The notes beneath the pieces are model-generated. The model was given only the letters and a program-made list of their open reading frames with translations, made no database searches and was not told the DNA's origin. Position numbers and translations under genes: made by a program. Shown here one piece after another: positions 25,054 to 38,039 of a stretch of 64,000 nucleotides of DNA (its first letter is position 1; each line of letters starts with the position of its first letter). The stretch spans positions 79,114,001 through 79,178,000 of the forward strand of contig CM059432.1 of the NCBI GenBank assembly GCA_030390025.1. Reading direction: 5' to 3'. This stretch comes from Squalus acanthias (taxonomy: Eukaryota).

Positions 25054-25819
25054 GGCCCAGAAATTGGAGTTCGATGGTTGCCGCGGGGGTAAGGATCCCC
25101 CGCGATATTGCACTCCGCGCCTACCTTTATGGTTTTGGCCCACACGAACTTCAGTTCCTGGGCCTCTCCCTGGTGCCGGCGTGCAGTGTGTGCGTGTCCC
25201 AGAGGCGCAGTTAGTTCGATGCTACCTCTGGGATCACGTGGGGCAGTTAGAGCCAATGGCAGCACACCATCTTTCATTCATAGTTTTGACAGCAAGAGCT
25301 GTCAAAACTATGAATACAACAAGCCCCAAAAAGAACAGCTAAACCTCAATTAAATTAAAAAAAAAAGCCATCACATTAATAAAATAACTATAGTTAAATA
25401 AATTAACCACTTTAAACAAAAATTTTAATTTTTGAAAAAATTTAAATTCTTTTTAAAAGTTATAAAAATAAACTTACCTTTCTTTAAAGTCTCTAAAAAA
25501 GATAAACCTGTTGAAAAAAATTTAAAATAATACTTAATTAACTACTTACATTGTTAAAAGGGGGTCTTACGCCTGCTTTCTTTATGTGTAAAATCTTCAA
25601 CACTTACCTGCGCGTTCAAACCTGAAAAAAAAACTAAGTGTGCTGCGTGCGCGCAACCTGTAGCGCGCACGCGGTTCACTTAGGAACCGCCCCCTTTGCC
25701 ATACATGAAGTGCCGGTTTCCCGCGCATGCGCAGTGCATGCAGGAAACCGGCACTTCGGGACCTAATACGCGAGAGTACACGGTGCGTACTCTCCCGCAT
25801 TAGGTCTAATTTTCGGACC
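25054..25819. mobile_element. PIF/Harbinger-type MITE, TSD ATT
   Basis: TIRs GGCCCAGAAATTGGA and TCTAATTTTCGGACC; ATT at 25051-53 and 25820-22; splits the CR1 tail; GC-rich arms around an AT-rich core. Confidence 0.8.
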
Positions 25820-26854
25820 ATTATGTTCTTATAACTAAGGGGAAACTGGAGGAAAACATTTTTATTTTGATGCTTTGCCATTTACGGGCTCTGCACATAT
25901 AGCTCTGTATGTTCTATTTCTTCAGCTAAGTAATGTACTGGGGTAAGGTTATCCAAAATGTTATCATTATTATTTTGAGCGTTGTTCATTTACTTCCTAT
26001 GCACAGGCCCGTTGTCTTAGTCATTCCCTCCCTTATTATCATCCCTCTGACTGAACCACTCATGTCATTATTTACCGCACTTCACATTCAGCTATCCCGG
26101 CAACGCAGTATTTCCTCTTGGCTAGTGGGTTGTATATTTTGTGACATCTCAAGTTCAGAAAATTGAAAATGATGGAAATATACAGTAGGTCCGCCAGCAT
26201 CTGAAAACAGAAAAGAGGGGTTAATATTTTGACTGGAATACCTGAAATGTTAATCTGCCTTTTCTCTTTTCAGATGCTGTAGTTGTATATTTCCAAAATT
26301 TTCTGCTTTTGTTTGATTCCCAATGTTTTTTTTTCTATAACTGCCGCTCATCATTGCATTACAGTAACTTGTTTTTATATAATGTCCTTCACGTAGATTA
26401 ACATCTGACTACTTAAAGTGGATTAATGAAGCTAGCAATACAGTGATGTGATGTCCTTCTTCCCAGAGAGTTTTATAAGAACATAAGAACATAAGAAATA
26501 GGAGCAGGAGTAGGCCAATCGGCCCATCGAGCCTGCTCCGCCATTCAATAAGATCATGGCTGATCTGATCCTAACCGCCAATCTACTATCTATCACAGAA
26601 ACATCTCCTGCATCTAACAGAATTGCACACACGAAATAGGAGCAGAATCAGGCTACACAGTCCCTGGGCCCGCTCCACTACCCACAGGGCCATGACCGAT
26701 CCGAACCTAGACTCATGTCCAAATTCCTGCCCGCTCCCCGTAACCCTTAATGCCCTTTATGGACTGATTCTCCTGGTATCTTCTAACCTTTTCCTTTACA
26801 TAAGCTTGGAACCATTATAGTGCAGCATCCCAATTTGTGTGCTCATTAAAGAAA

Positions 26855-27290
26855 AAAAGAATTTGCATTCATATAGCACCTTTTATCACATCCAAGGTAC
26901 TTTACAACCAATGAATTATTTTTTGAACTGCAGCCACTGTTTGTAGGGAAACACAGCAGCCAATGTACACACAGCAAGGTCTCACAAACAGGAAATTAAT
27001 AAATGCCCAGATAAACTGTTTTTGGTGATGGTGGTTGAAGGAGGAATGTTGGCCAGGAGAAATTCTTGTTCTTCAGCTTGTGCCATGGGATCTTTTATAT
27101 CCACCTGATCAAGGAAGTGGGGCCATAGTTTAGCATCCCAACTGAAAGATGGCACCACTGCTAATTACCACTTCCGCAGTACTGCACTGAAGTGATGGCC
27201 GAGATTATGTGTTGAAGTCCATAGTGGGAACTGATCCCATGACCATCTGACCTAGTGACGAGCATGATCCCAATTGAAATGACCTGACAC
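26855..27290 (-). mobile_element. Deu-domain SINE, degenerate
   Basis: TTGCATTCATATAGCACC..CAGCAGCCAAT..CACAGCAAGGTCTCACAAACAG..GTACTGCACTGAAGTG. Confidence 0.6.
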
Positions 27291-28619
27291 AGACGGTACT
27301 TGATTTCTGAAATGGACTTCAGGCAATATTGTACTTTTACTATATATAAGGAGGTCCTTTGTATTGAGATTACTGTGTAGTATGCAGCTTATTTTCTTGT
27401 TTGTTTGTTTGTTTGTGAATGTGTATATGCATACTATTCCATAGTACACTTTGTTTAAATAAACTTAATTTATCTTTCTTTTACCTCTGACTTCCATTGT
27501 TTCATCATTCATCATTTTCCTGATAGCCAGGATCAGTAAAGATAAGTTTTCAGGTAGTCTGAGCCATCCCTTTGTTTTCTACACATACACCCCATTAGGC
27601 TATTGAGTAGTAAGAAAGAGCATGTCTGCTTTTTTATGCTCCTTACATTTGCTTCTTTTAATTGATAAGTGAAACATTATGACTAGTGCAGGATTGTACC
27701 TGGGTTTAACCACTATTTTTATAAAACAGTGGGAGTGTTGCATATCAGAGAAAAAAACAATTATCAGTCCACAGTTTCTTTGAAATTTACCAAAATCTGT
27801 CCACATTCAAGGATTAATCCTGGAGAGGTACCAGCACTTGACATTTGATACAACTGCCATTTCAAAACTCCACAGTCAATGTTCTGTTGTCGAATGTATA
27901 GGATATTGGTTTAGCAGGCAGTGCTCATTACAAGTTATTGCAATTCTATTCTGTTGGTAATATTAAAATCTGGTAAGCATTTACACAAAACTAAACTTAT
28001 CCAGGAGAAACTACATTTGCGTCCTGTAAAATCTTAGCTGGTTTGGCACAGGATTGGACAAGACAGTCATGAGAATGATTGAATCCAGATAAATTGTAGC
28101 AATGTTCTCTAAATCTACCAATAAGTCAAGCCAGAACTCAGTGTCAGGCTCCCAAACACTGATTGATTTTGATCAGTGAAGTACCACATAGTGCAATCTT
28201 TCAAACAAGGGCACAGATACCAAATCCAGATCATGAGTGGACAGTTTACTAAGCATTATTGCTTAGATTTAACTGCTATAAAGTTTACCAAGTAATTGAA
28301 GTGGAATTTCTTAAAGATTATCACTAGGATTTTGGTAACAGCAACTTGCATTTATATAATGCCTTTAACAAAGAAACATTCCAAGAGAGATTAGGAGGAG
28401 TGACTGAAAACTTGGTCAAAAGATGGACCTTGAGGTTTTAAAACGATGAGCGAGAGGTTTAAGAGTAAAATGGGGTGAGAGGCCATAGAAAAATTTCTAG
28501 GTGAGGAGGTATTGAATATAACGATTTGGGGACTGGGAGCCAATGTAGGTCAGTAAAGATGGTGATGATCTAACAGGACTTGCTGCAGAACAAACGGGAC
28601 TTACTGCAGAACAGGATAT

Positions 28620-29845
28620 GTGTTTTATTCGTTCATGGGATTTGGGTGTCGCTGGCAAGGCCAGCATTTATTGCCCATCCCTAGTTGCCCTTGAGAAGGT
28701 GGTGGTGAGCCGCCGCCTTGAACCACTGCAGTCCGTGTGGTGAAGGTACTCCCACAGTGCTGTTAGGTAGGGAGTCCCAGGATTTTGACCCAGCGACGAT
28801 GAAAGAACGGTGATAGACTTCCAAGTCAGGATGGTGTGTGACTTGGAGGGGAACTTGGAGGTGGTGGTGTTCCCATGCGCCTGCTGCCCTTGTCCTTCTA
28901 GGTGGTAGAGGTTGCGGGTTTGGGAGGTGCTGCTGAAGAAACCTTGGCAAGTTGCTGCAGTGCATCTTGTAGATGGTACACACTGCAGCCACGGTACACC
29001 GGTGGTGAATGTTTAAGGTGGTGGATGGGGTGCCAATCAAGCGAGCTGCTTTGTCTTGGATGGTGTCGAGCTTCTTGAGTGTTGTTGGAGCTGCACTGAT
29101 CCAGGCAAGTGGAGAGTATTCCATCACACTCCTTACTTGTGCCTTGTAGATGGTGGAAAGGCTTTGGGGAGTCAGGAGGTGAGACACTTGCTGCAGTATA
29201 CCCAGCCTCTGACCTGCTTGTGTTGCCACAGTATTTATGTGGCTGGTCCAGTTAAGTTTCTGGTCAATGGTGACCCCCAGGATGTTGATGGTGGGGGATT
29301 TGGCGATGGTAATGCTGTTGAATGTCAAGGGGCAGTGGTTAGACGCTCGCTTGTTGGAGATAGTCATTGCTTGTGTGACGTGAATGTTACCTGCCCCTTA
29401 TTAGCCCAAGCCTGAATGTTATCCAGATCTTGCTGCATGCGGGCATGGACTGCTTCATTATCTGAGGAGTTGCGAATGGCACTGAACACTGTGCAGTCAT
29501 CAGCGAACATCCCCACTTCTGACTTTATGATGGAGGGAAGGTCATTGATGAAGCAGCTGAAGATAGTTGGGCCTAGGACATTGCCCTGAGGAACTCCTGC
29601 AGCTATGTCCTGGGGCTGTGATGATTGACCTCCAACAACCACAACCATCTTCCTTTGTGCTAGGTATGATTCCAGCCAGTGGAGAATTTCCCTCTCAATT
29701 CCCATTGACTTCAGCTTTACTAGGGCTCCTTGATGCCACACTCATTCAAATGCTGCCTTGATGTCAAGGGCAGTCGCTCTCACCTCGCCTCTGGAATTCA
29801 GCTCCTTTGTCCATGTTTGGACCAAGGCTGTAATGAGGTCTGGAG
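28620..29845 (-). mobile_element. CR1/L2-group LINE of a distinct family, 3' part, nested in an L2
   Basis: WHQGALVKL, GVPQGNVLGP, MFADDCTV, YKAQVRSVMEYSPLAW; tail GGGATGGGCAATAAATGCTGG, also seen at 53350-53390. Confidence 0.85.
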
Positions 29846-31465
29846 CCGAGGTTCAGATAGGTTAGAGCTTATGGAGGGTGCAGGATGGGCTGCTAGCAAG
29901 GAGAGTGTTAGAATAGGGTGCATTGGGAAGTGACAGAGGCATGTATAAAGTTATCAGCTGTGGAGGGGCTAAATGCAGGGGTGGAGATGGGCACTGTTAC
30001 AGAGGTGGAAGTAAGCAGTCTTTATGTTTTATAGGATTTGGGGCTTAAAGGTCAGCTCAGGGTTGAATAGGCCACCAAGATTGAGTGGTTTGGTACAGCC
30101 TGAGAGAGTGGCCAAGGAGGGAGATGGAATCAGTGACAAGTGAGTGGAGTTTGTGGCAGGGGTTGTAAAAATTGCTTTGGTCTTTACGTTGGAGGAAGTT
30201 ATGGTTCATCAAAGACTTGATGTCAGATATGGAGGCATTTGAGGAGATAAGAGAAGCATATTTGGTGGATGATGCAGCTTGGATGGACCTCACTCAACAT
30301 TAACATTGCTATCTGGCGTTGTTTGGATGCCTGCAATTCTGTGATGTCTGTTTGTTCCACTGTCCAGAAAGCACACTTGAATAAACATTTCTTGCAGAGA
30401 AAGGGAACTCTTCCACCCTCCTCTTATAAAATCTGGTGCTTAGAACCAGTTAGGAATGCGGGAAAGGAGAGCCAGAGATGGCTAATAATGGAAATGCGCA
30501 AACGTCAAAATACAACATTAACTATCTGCTTTGCAAGTTCATCTTGAAAATATTTTGTACTAATTTCCAATATTTTCTAGCATCTACCCCATTTCCAATT
30601 CAAACTTTTGCAACATACGTTTATGTACCTTTTGGTAAAACATTTGAAATTCAGGGCTTTTATTCGTAACCCCCTGTTCAAACTTGAAGAATTGTATAGT
30701 CCATCCAGTAGTTGCTACTTGTTATGTGAACAATCATTATTTTTGAGTTCTTGGAGTAAAATGAAAACAGCAGCTATAACCATTTAGAATACAACACAAC
30801 ATATAAAGGTTCCATTTTGAAGTTTGGGATTGTTTAAAGTTTCATTTTTCACACATCTGATAAGTTGTTAAAAAAATCATACCGTTAAAGGTACCGTTAT
30901 TGTTTCTTTCAAGAATTACCTCTGAAAAAAGTTTGAAGTTCATGTTTTACTAGGTCTTTAAATGTTTTATACAAAAAAAAACAAATTCTGGTTAATTGCA
31001 CTGTCATAAAAATGATTTCCATGGAGGTTTTTATTCTCAGTAATTTTCTATTGAAAATGCTAGGTGGAGAAGGGATGGGACCTACAGCAAGTCACGGCTT
31101 GCTCTGTGGATGGCCTATCTTGTCGATCATAAATTCTAGAAGTTCTACCATATGTGCATGTTGGGAACTGCAGCTTGCCAGTGTGAGTTGCTTCAGCTTG
31201 GAACATGTATGAATTTTTAGGCTCAGGCTTCTTGCTCAATAACAGAAAGCATTATTGCAATCACTTCAAACACACAAAACCTAATGTATAGGACTTTTTA
31301 ATTTTGTTGTAAATATTAAAATGTATTTCCATTGCCCGCTGAAGTCCGGGCCGCTTCCCATGGAAGCGTTGCTCATTGTTATTTAAGAAGGGCAACAAAT
31401 AGGACCTTAGTAATTATAGGCCTGTGCGCTTGATACCCATTGTAGGGAAGCTGTTGAAAAACGTT

Positions 31466-32212
31466 GGCCCTGAATTTGTGGTCGGAGGCTTCCCATGGGG
31501 AAATGCCTCTGATTCGCAAAAAAGATGCCCGTGTACCTGGTGATCTGGGAGGTATGGAGATTCGCGGTCCTGGGCCTCTCCGGGTACCCGCGGGTAGAGG
31601 CCCACGAACTCCAGGGGCGCAGGCAGTACGCAAGTGCCCCTGGGATCACATTGGCCGGCCCAACAAATGAAAGAAGGGGATCCCCATTCATGCTTATGGG
31701 GATTCCGAATGTACGGAAACTCCATAAGTATGAATAAGAATACCCCAAAAAATACATGTATACATCAAATAAATAAAAACAAAATTACATATTTAAAATT
31801 AATTAAAATTCCATTTAATTAAATATTTAAAACAAAAGTTTAATTTTTTGAAAAATAAATGTAAATGTTTTAAAGGGGCTAAAAATAACCATACCTTATT
31901 GTACAGGTTTTTTAATGTTTAAATGATTGAAAAAAAATTATTTTTATGTTTTTTAACTCTTACGCTGGTAAAAGAAGGCCTTATGCCTGCTTTTACCAGA
32001 TGTAAGAATTTTCTGGGCATTCGCTGGGCAGAAGTTGGGCAAATAGCACAACTCTCCGCCTGCGGATGCCCTTTTCCCGGGGATGCGTTGGATCTGTCAA
32101 GAAGATTCTTGACAGATCGCAAGTTCCAGGTTTTCGTGCATGCGCTTTGCACCAAAAACCCAGAACTTGCATGGCCCTTATGGGTAGGGGTAGTGGCCCA
32201 AAATTACGGGCC
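31466..32212. mobile_element. PIF/Harbinger-type MITE, TSD GTT
   Basis: TIRs GGCCCTGAATTT and AAATTACGGGCC; GTT at 31463-65 and 32213-15; internal hairpin GATCTGTCAAG..CTTGACAGATC shared with 35632-36385. Confidence 0.8.
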
Positions 32213-32239
32213 GTTATATTGGATTTGATTTGATTTATT

Positions 32240-33450
32240 ACTACCTGGAGAGTCAAGTAGCTATTTGGAATTTCTAACATGGCTTTAGGAAAAGTAGATC
32301 TTGCCTCATTAAACTGACTAAATTCTTTTGAGGAAGTGACTCCTATATGGTGGAAAATTCTGTTGATGTTTTATACAATGATTTCCAATAAATGTTTGAT
32401 AAGGAACCGCTATTGGAAAAGTTAAATCATGTGCGATTACAGGGCAGATATTGCCGTTCAAGATTCCAACCAGTTACTTCAAGCATATGGGTTGTTATGA
32501 ATGGGGCCTTGTCACAAGTGGAGTTCCACAAAACTTCGTATTGGAACCATTGTATAATTTTTATTAATGATTTGGATAACAGCATTAGTAGAACCATTCT
32601 TGAAGTACTTGTGCACAGTGGTTAGTTTAGACCAAATCAATAGGTTGCCAGTTTAGACCAGTTAGTTGCAGTGTGGCAGATACTCCTTAATGTGGACAAA
32701 TGCAAATTCACGTATTTGGGGTTGGGAAACTCCAAGCTTATTTATACCATACCGATTACTATATCAAGAAAGAGACCTGGGGGTAATAGTTTTGATTCCA
32801 GCACATGGTGAAGGAATTCAAGCTCTGGAGAAGGTGCAGAGGAGGGTCACCAGGATGATACCTAGCTTAAGGCTCTTGGGTATGAGAATAGGCTCCAAAG
32901 GTTAGGGCTATTTACTTTGGAGAAATACTGGCTTAAAGGGGATATAAATGAGGATTTAAAATGAAGGGATTAGATTCTATCCAATTGACAGGTTATTTAA
33001 GATGGTAGAACTAGAGGGTATATCTGTAAAAACTTATAGGCAGAGAATTGGGTTAGATGATATGAAATTTCAACAGAGAGTATTACTTTCTGGAACAGAC
33101 TATAGAAACATGCAGTGGGTATAGATTCACCACAGTTTTTTGAAAAGGAACTTAAAAGTTCCTGAGAAGAGAACGTTTCTATTTGTCGACTGTAACTTGC
33201 TAGTTAGCTGTAACTATGAGGCATTAAAGGTTTCTGTGGTGGTCTAGAGTCTTTCTTGATTGTCTTCGGGAGTCAGGGAAGAATTTCCCAGAGATTTTCC
33301 TGAATTGGCTGCAGGATTTTTCCTGTTTTCATTTTGCCTGTTCCATGAGAATCCATGGTTATGAAGTGGGTCAGTAGTAGAAGTGGTTGCAGCATTGTTT
33401 GGATGGGGCAGGTACTTTGTATCTGATCTTTTCCTGGCCCCCTTTTCATA
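32240..33450 (+). mobile_element. Very old CR1 fragment
   Basis: FINDLDN, ERDLGVI, LEKVQRRVTRMIP remnants. Confidence 0.6.
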
Positions 33451-34734
33451 TTTTTTGTCTGTTCAGTGGTAAATGCTCATTATGGTGAAGAAATCAAAAG
33501 GAGGGGCCCAGAAGATTTTTGGAACAATTTTGTTTTTTCTTCTCTTTCCTTAATTTGCTTATGCTTGTTTTGTTTTCATATGTCCCTAGTACCTCATTGA
33601 ACTTTTTCTACCCAATGCCCTTATGGTTGATTTTGTACATTTCCTATATCTTCAGTTGTGATTATGGTTTAAATTTTGTGTTCCTACTTGCAAAAATGTT
33701 GCATACATAATGGTGTAATATCCAACATATGATGCAAGAAGTGTGATTTTGTTGTGTGATATAATAGCTTTTAGAGGTCTCCTTTGCTGCTCTTCAAAGA
33801 GGAATTGTCATTCCTCTGACACATTGGCCAGAATTTTAATCTGAAGGCAGGTTGGGAGCAGGGGGGCTAAAAAGCGGTCGGGATAATGGGTTTCCCGCAG
33901 GCGCTGTCGGATTTAACGGCAGGGCCTGAGTAACGTTTCAAAGCTCTGTCTCCTGCCCGCAGCCAACTAAATGGAGAGGCTGGCTGGCTACAGGCGGGTA
34001 GGCCTGCGGCACTAGGCCGCAGAGAGGAGGGAGGGAGCGATCGGGGCCGGAAGAGGAGTGGGGGGGTGGGGGGGTGGTCAGGGGCCGGAGGAGGATCGGG
34101 AGGGATGGTCAGGGGCTGGAGAAGCATCTGGGTGTGTGCATTGGGGTGTGTGAATCGGGGCCGGAGGAGGATGGGGGGGTGGTGGTCAGGGGCCGGAGGA
34201 GCAGCGGGGCAGGAGAAGGAAGGCCGAAGGCGATCGGGGGACGGAGGGGGCAAGGTTGGAGGCCAGAGGAGGGATAGGATCCCTCGTGGTGGGGGAGGTC
34301 GGGGGTGATCGGAGGCCTCATGGGGGGGGGCAGGGTCTGATCACGGGGGATTAGTGAGGCAGGGACACTGGATCCAGCAGCTAAGTGGAAAGGCAATTAC
34401 CTCCTGAATCCAGCACTCCTCGCCTTACTTTAGCTGGTGGGTTCCCCGGGGCCTAGGAAACCCGACCAGCCAGAGTTGAATTTGCGCTGATATTATTTGC
34501 ACGAACACCTTTGTGGCCTTCTGCGCGTGCGCGCTATATACCGGAACCGCGCATGCGCAGTACCCAACAACGCCACAGTTGCGTACTGCACTGCCTTGCT
34601 TTCCTCGGCTCCATGCGGTGAAGGTCAAGGAATCCATTGGTGGCCAGAGTGGGGCGGAGGGGAAGAGAGAGGATCGAAAGTGGGTGGAAGAGTGTGGATC
34701 GAAAGGGAGTGGGGCAGGGGGGCGAATTTGTGAG

Positions 34735-35590
34735 AGAGAGAGAGAGAGGAGATCGGGGATCTGGGGGGCGAAGAGAGAGAGAGGGGATCGGGGGGGCGAA
34801 GAGAGAGAGAGAGGGGATCGGGGGGGGGAAGAGAGAGAGAGGGGATCGGGGGGGGAAGAGAGAGAGGGGATCGGGGGGGGAAGAGAGAGAGGGGATCGGG
34901 GGGGGAAGAGAGAGAGGGGATCGGGGGGGAAGAGAGAGAGGGGATCGGGGGGGGGAAGAGAGAGAGGGGANNNNNNNNNNNNNNNNNNNNNNNNNNNNNN
35001 NNNNNNNNNNNNNNNNNNNNNNNNNNNNNNNNNNNNNNNNNNNNNNNNNNNNNNNNNNNNNNNNNNNNNNNNNNNNNNNNNNNNNNNNNNNNNNNNNNNN
35101 NNNNNNNNNNNNNNNNNNNNNNNNNNNNNNNNNNNNNNNNNNNNNNNNNNNNNNNNNNNNNNNNNNNNNNNNNNNNNNNNNNNNNNNNNNNNNNNNNNNN
35201 NNNNNNNNNNNNNNNNNNNNNNNNNNNNNNNNNNNNNNNNNNNNNNNNNNNNNNNNNNNNNNNNNNNNNNNNNNNNNNNNNNNNNNNNNNNNNNNNNNNN
35301 NNNNNNNNNNNNNNNNNNNNNNNNNNNNNNNNNNNNNNNNNNNNNNNNNNNNNNNNNNNNNNNNNNNNNNNNNNNNNNNNNNNNNNNNNNNNNNNNNNNN
35401 NNNNNNNNNNNNNNNNNNNNNNNNNNNNNNNNNNNNNNNNNNNNNNNNNNNNNNNNNNNNNNNNNNNNNNGGGGAGAGAGAAAGAGGAGATTGGAGGGAG
35501 AGAGAGCAAGAGGAGATTGGAGAGAGAGAAAGAGGAGATTGGAGGGGGAGAGAGGGGAGATCGGAGGCGGGTGGGAGAAAGAGGGGAGAT
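34735..35590. repeat. Purine-rich minisatellite (GGGGATCGGGGGGG-AAGAGAGAGA)n spanning a 500-N assembly gap (34971-35470)
   Basis: Direct inspection; unit about 25-27 bp. Confidence 0.9.
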
Positions 35591-35631
35591 CAGAGAACAG
35601 TTCTGATGAAACGGCATCGACCTGAAGCATT

Positions 35632-36385
35632 GGCCCGTATTTCTGATCGCAGCCCTCCCGCGGGCGGAGGCCTGCGATCTGGAAAAATCTGTGACCTTAC
35701 CTGAGGGCTCCCGGGACGCGCACAGTTCCGATGCTGGGCCTCACCAAACTCCAAGTGTGCAGGGCCCACGTATCCCAGGGGCGCATGTAGCTCGCAGCAT
35801 CCCTGGGATCAGGTGGGCCATGGGGAGCCAATCACAGAAAGGAATCTCCCTTCATATATTTGACAGGAAGACCTGTCAAATATATGAATGGAGATCAATG
35901 AAAAAACATAGTAAAACTTTAAATAAATTTTTTTTAAATGACCTTTTTAAAATGACTTGAAATTACAATAAATTAAGTATTTTAAACAAAAATTTAATTT
36001 TTTGAAAAAAATAAAGTATTTCACGGGGCTAAAAATAAACTTACCTTTTTTTAAAGTATTTTTAAATGATAAATCAGTGAAAAAAAATGTTTTAAATACT
36101 TTTTTTCTACTCTTATCCTGGTAAAAGCAGGCCTTACGCCTGCTTTTACCAGGCGTAAGAATTGTAAGGGTTTTCTGCGGGCGGAGGGTCTCCAAAAAGC
36201 GGAGCTATCCGCCCGCAGAGGCCCTTCTCCAGGGCAGCCGCAGGATCTGTCAAGACCATTCTTGACAGATCGGAAATGCCGGTTTTCAGCGCATGTGCTG
36301 TGCATGCCTGAAACCAGCATTTCCGATGTCCGTACGGGTGGGTGCACAGCGTCTACTCACCCGTAGGGATTAGAATATCCGGCCC
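35632..36385. mobile_element. PIF/Harbinger-type MITE, TSD ATT, inserted in a Penelope-derived repeat
   Basis: TIRs GGCCCGTATTTCT and AGAATATCCGGCCC; ATT at 35629-31 and 36386-88. Confidence 0.8.
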
Positions 36386-38039
36386 ATTAACTCTGTTTTT
36401 CTCTCCACAGATGCTGCCTGACCTGCTGAGTATTTCCAGCACTTTTTGTTTTTATTTTAGATTTCCAGCATCCGCAGTATTATGCTTTTGTATTAGGGGA
36501 ACATTGTCCACCAACACCTTGATTTTAAAATTCTCATCCTCATGTTAAAATCCCTCCATGGCCTCATCCCTTCCAGTCTGAACTCGGCAGTGTGAGTGCT
36601 CCTAACCGCATTATTGAGCTCTGGAGCTGGCTGTCACAATGAATGGATCATATTACACATTGCAAAGTACTTGATTCTTCAGGCAGGCAGAATCTAATTG
36701 CACATTCCAGACTGGTGCGTCTTGTCCTCCAAGGGGACCAATCAGAAATCTGGTCTTGCCCTCCGAGGGAACCAATCAGATCTTTGGTGTTACAAATAGT
36801 TACGGCCTTAAATTTGTAATGGAGAACACCACGAGGCAAGCCAGATTCATTATAATATTTAAATGGTCAGACCGCCTCCCGGCAGCGGGTTGGCTGCACC
36901 CCCCCCCCCCACATCCCACCTTCCACCTCCATTAAAACCGGAAGTAGGTGGGTTGGGGTCGGGATTTAGTTTTTAAATTCTTTAACCTCCCACCCGGCTC
37001 CAACCCACCTGTTTTTTGGGCTTAAAATTACCCATAGCTTCAGTCTTGTGTCTCTTCTCTGCACTGACTCCAGGGTTCCTGCCTTTCTGTGAAGGGAGTA
37101 CTGAAGGTAAATTCCCATGGGGTGTACAGGAAAACAAAAGGAGAAATTTACATTATTTTTCTTTGTTTTTATTTATAATCCTTCACAAAATTTTCTTCCA
37201 TGTATCTCCTGTGTTTATATTACGTCTGAGTTCACCAATGCTGTTCTTGCTTTGCTTTAATTTTTTGTGAAGTAATGAAGGTTTTCTGATTGAACACACA
37301 GTTGGACCAAAACTCTAATCTGAATTACAAATCAAGTGATGTACTGGCAGTCATGTATAAGATCATGACTGAAGCAGCAAACCAACAGTTGCTCATACTT
37401 AAACCATATCTCTGTTTATGCCAGTTGCATCTCAACATCCTGCATCAATCCAAAAGGTCAGTGCAGAATACCAGCAAGCATGTGTCGCCCATCATTTCTC
37501 TTGCTCGTGGAACTACCTCCAATCTGTCAATGATTGAAACTGTTCCTTTGCAGAAGCAGTTTATAAATAATTTAAATGTGGAGCGAGCTATCACTTGCCT
37601 TCTCACTATATTTACTCAATTTTTTCCAAAAATTATCTGGTTGGCTCTTGAACCTACTTATATTATTGGTTTCTATAGCATTCCCTGGCAACTTACTCTA
37701 TTTATTATCCTTTGTGTTAACGAGTTCTGCTGGGGTTTCCTATCTACTCCCAACTCTTAAATGATGTACTCTAGTTTTGAAACTTTCATCAGTATGAGCA
37801 ATTTGTTCTGATGAGCTTTCAATTCCAACACAATTTTAAATCTTTTATTAAGGCATCTTGAAGTCCTTTCTCAACGAGAATAAGCCTAACTTCCTTCACT
37901 GTTCTTGTAATGTGGATTCTTAAGGCCTGTTGGAATCTTTGTTGCTCTAAATGTACCTTCTTGAAGGCAATAACATTCTTCTTATGGTACGGCGACCGTT
38001 ACTGCTGTATTTCAGTATTTCAGATGGGGTCTAATCATG

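Larger units (their letters stand above)
33826..37033. mobile_element. Larger Harbinger-like MITE hosting nested insertions
   Basis: Ends GGCCAGAATTTTAA..CAGGTTGGGAGCAGGG and CCCGGCTCCAACCCACCTG..TTAAAATTACCC are imperfect inverted copies. Confidence 0.4.

Noticed and set aside
34735..34970. CRISPR-like array
   Set aside because: Tandem units without unique spacers, in vertebrate-type DNA.
34425..35704. Long ORFs (330-401 aa) in several frames
   Set aside because: Artefacts of a purine minisatellite plus the 500-N gap.
37290..37760. 156-aa ORF
   Set aside because: No ATG start, no recognisable motifs or splice signals; likely antisense to decayed LINE sequence.
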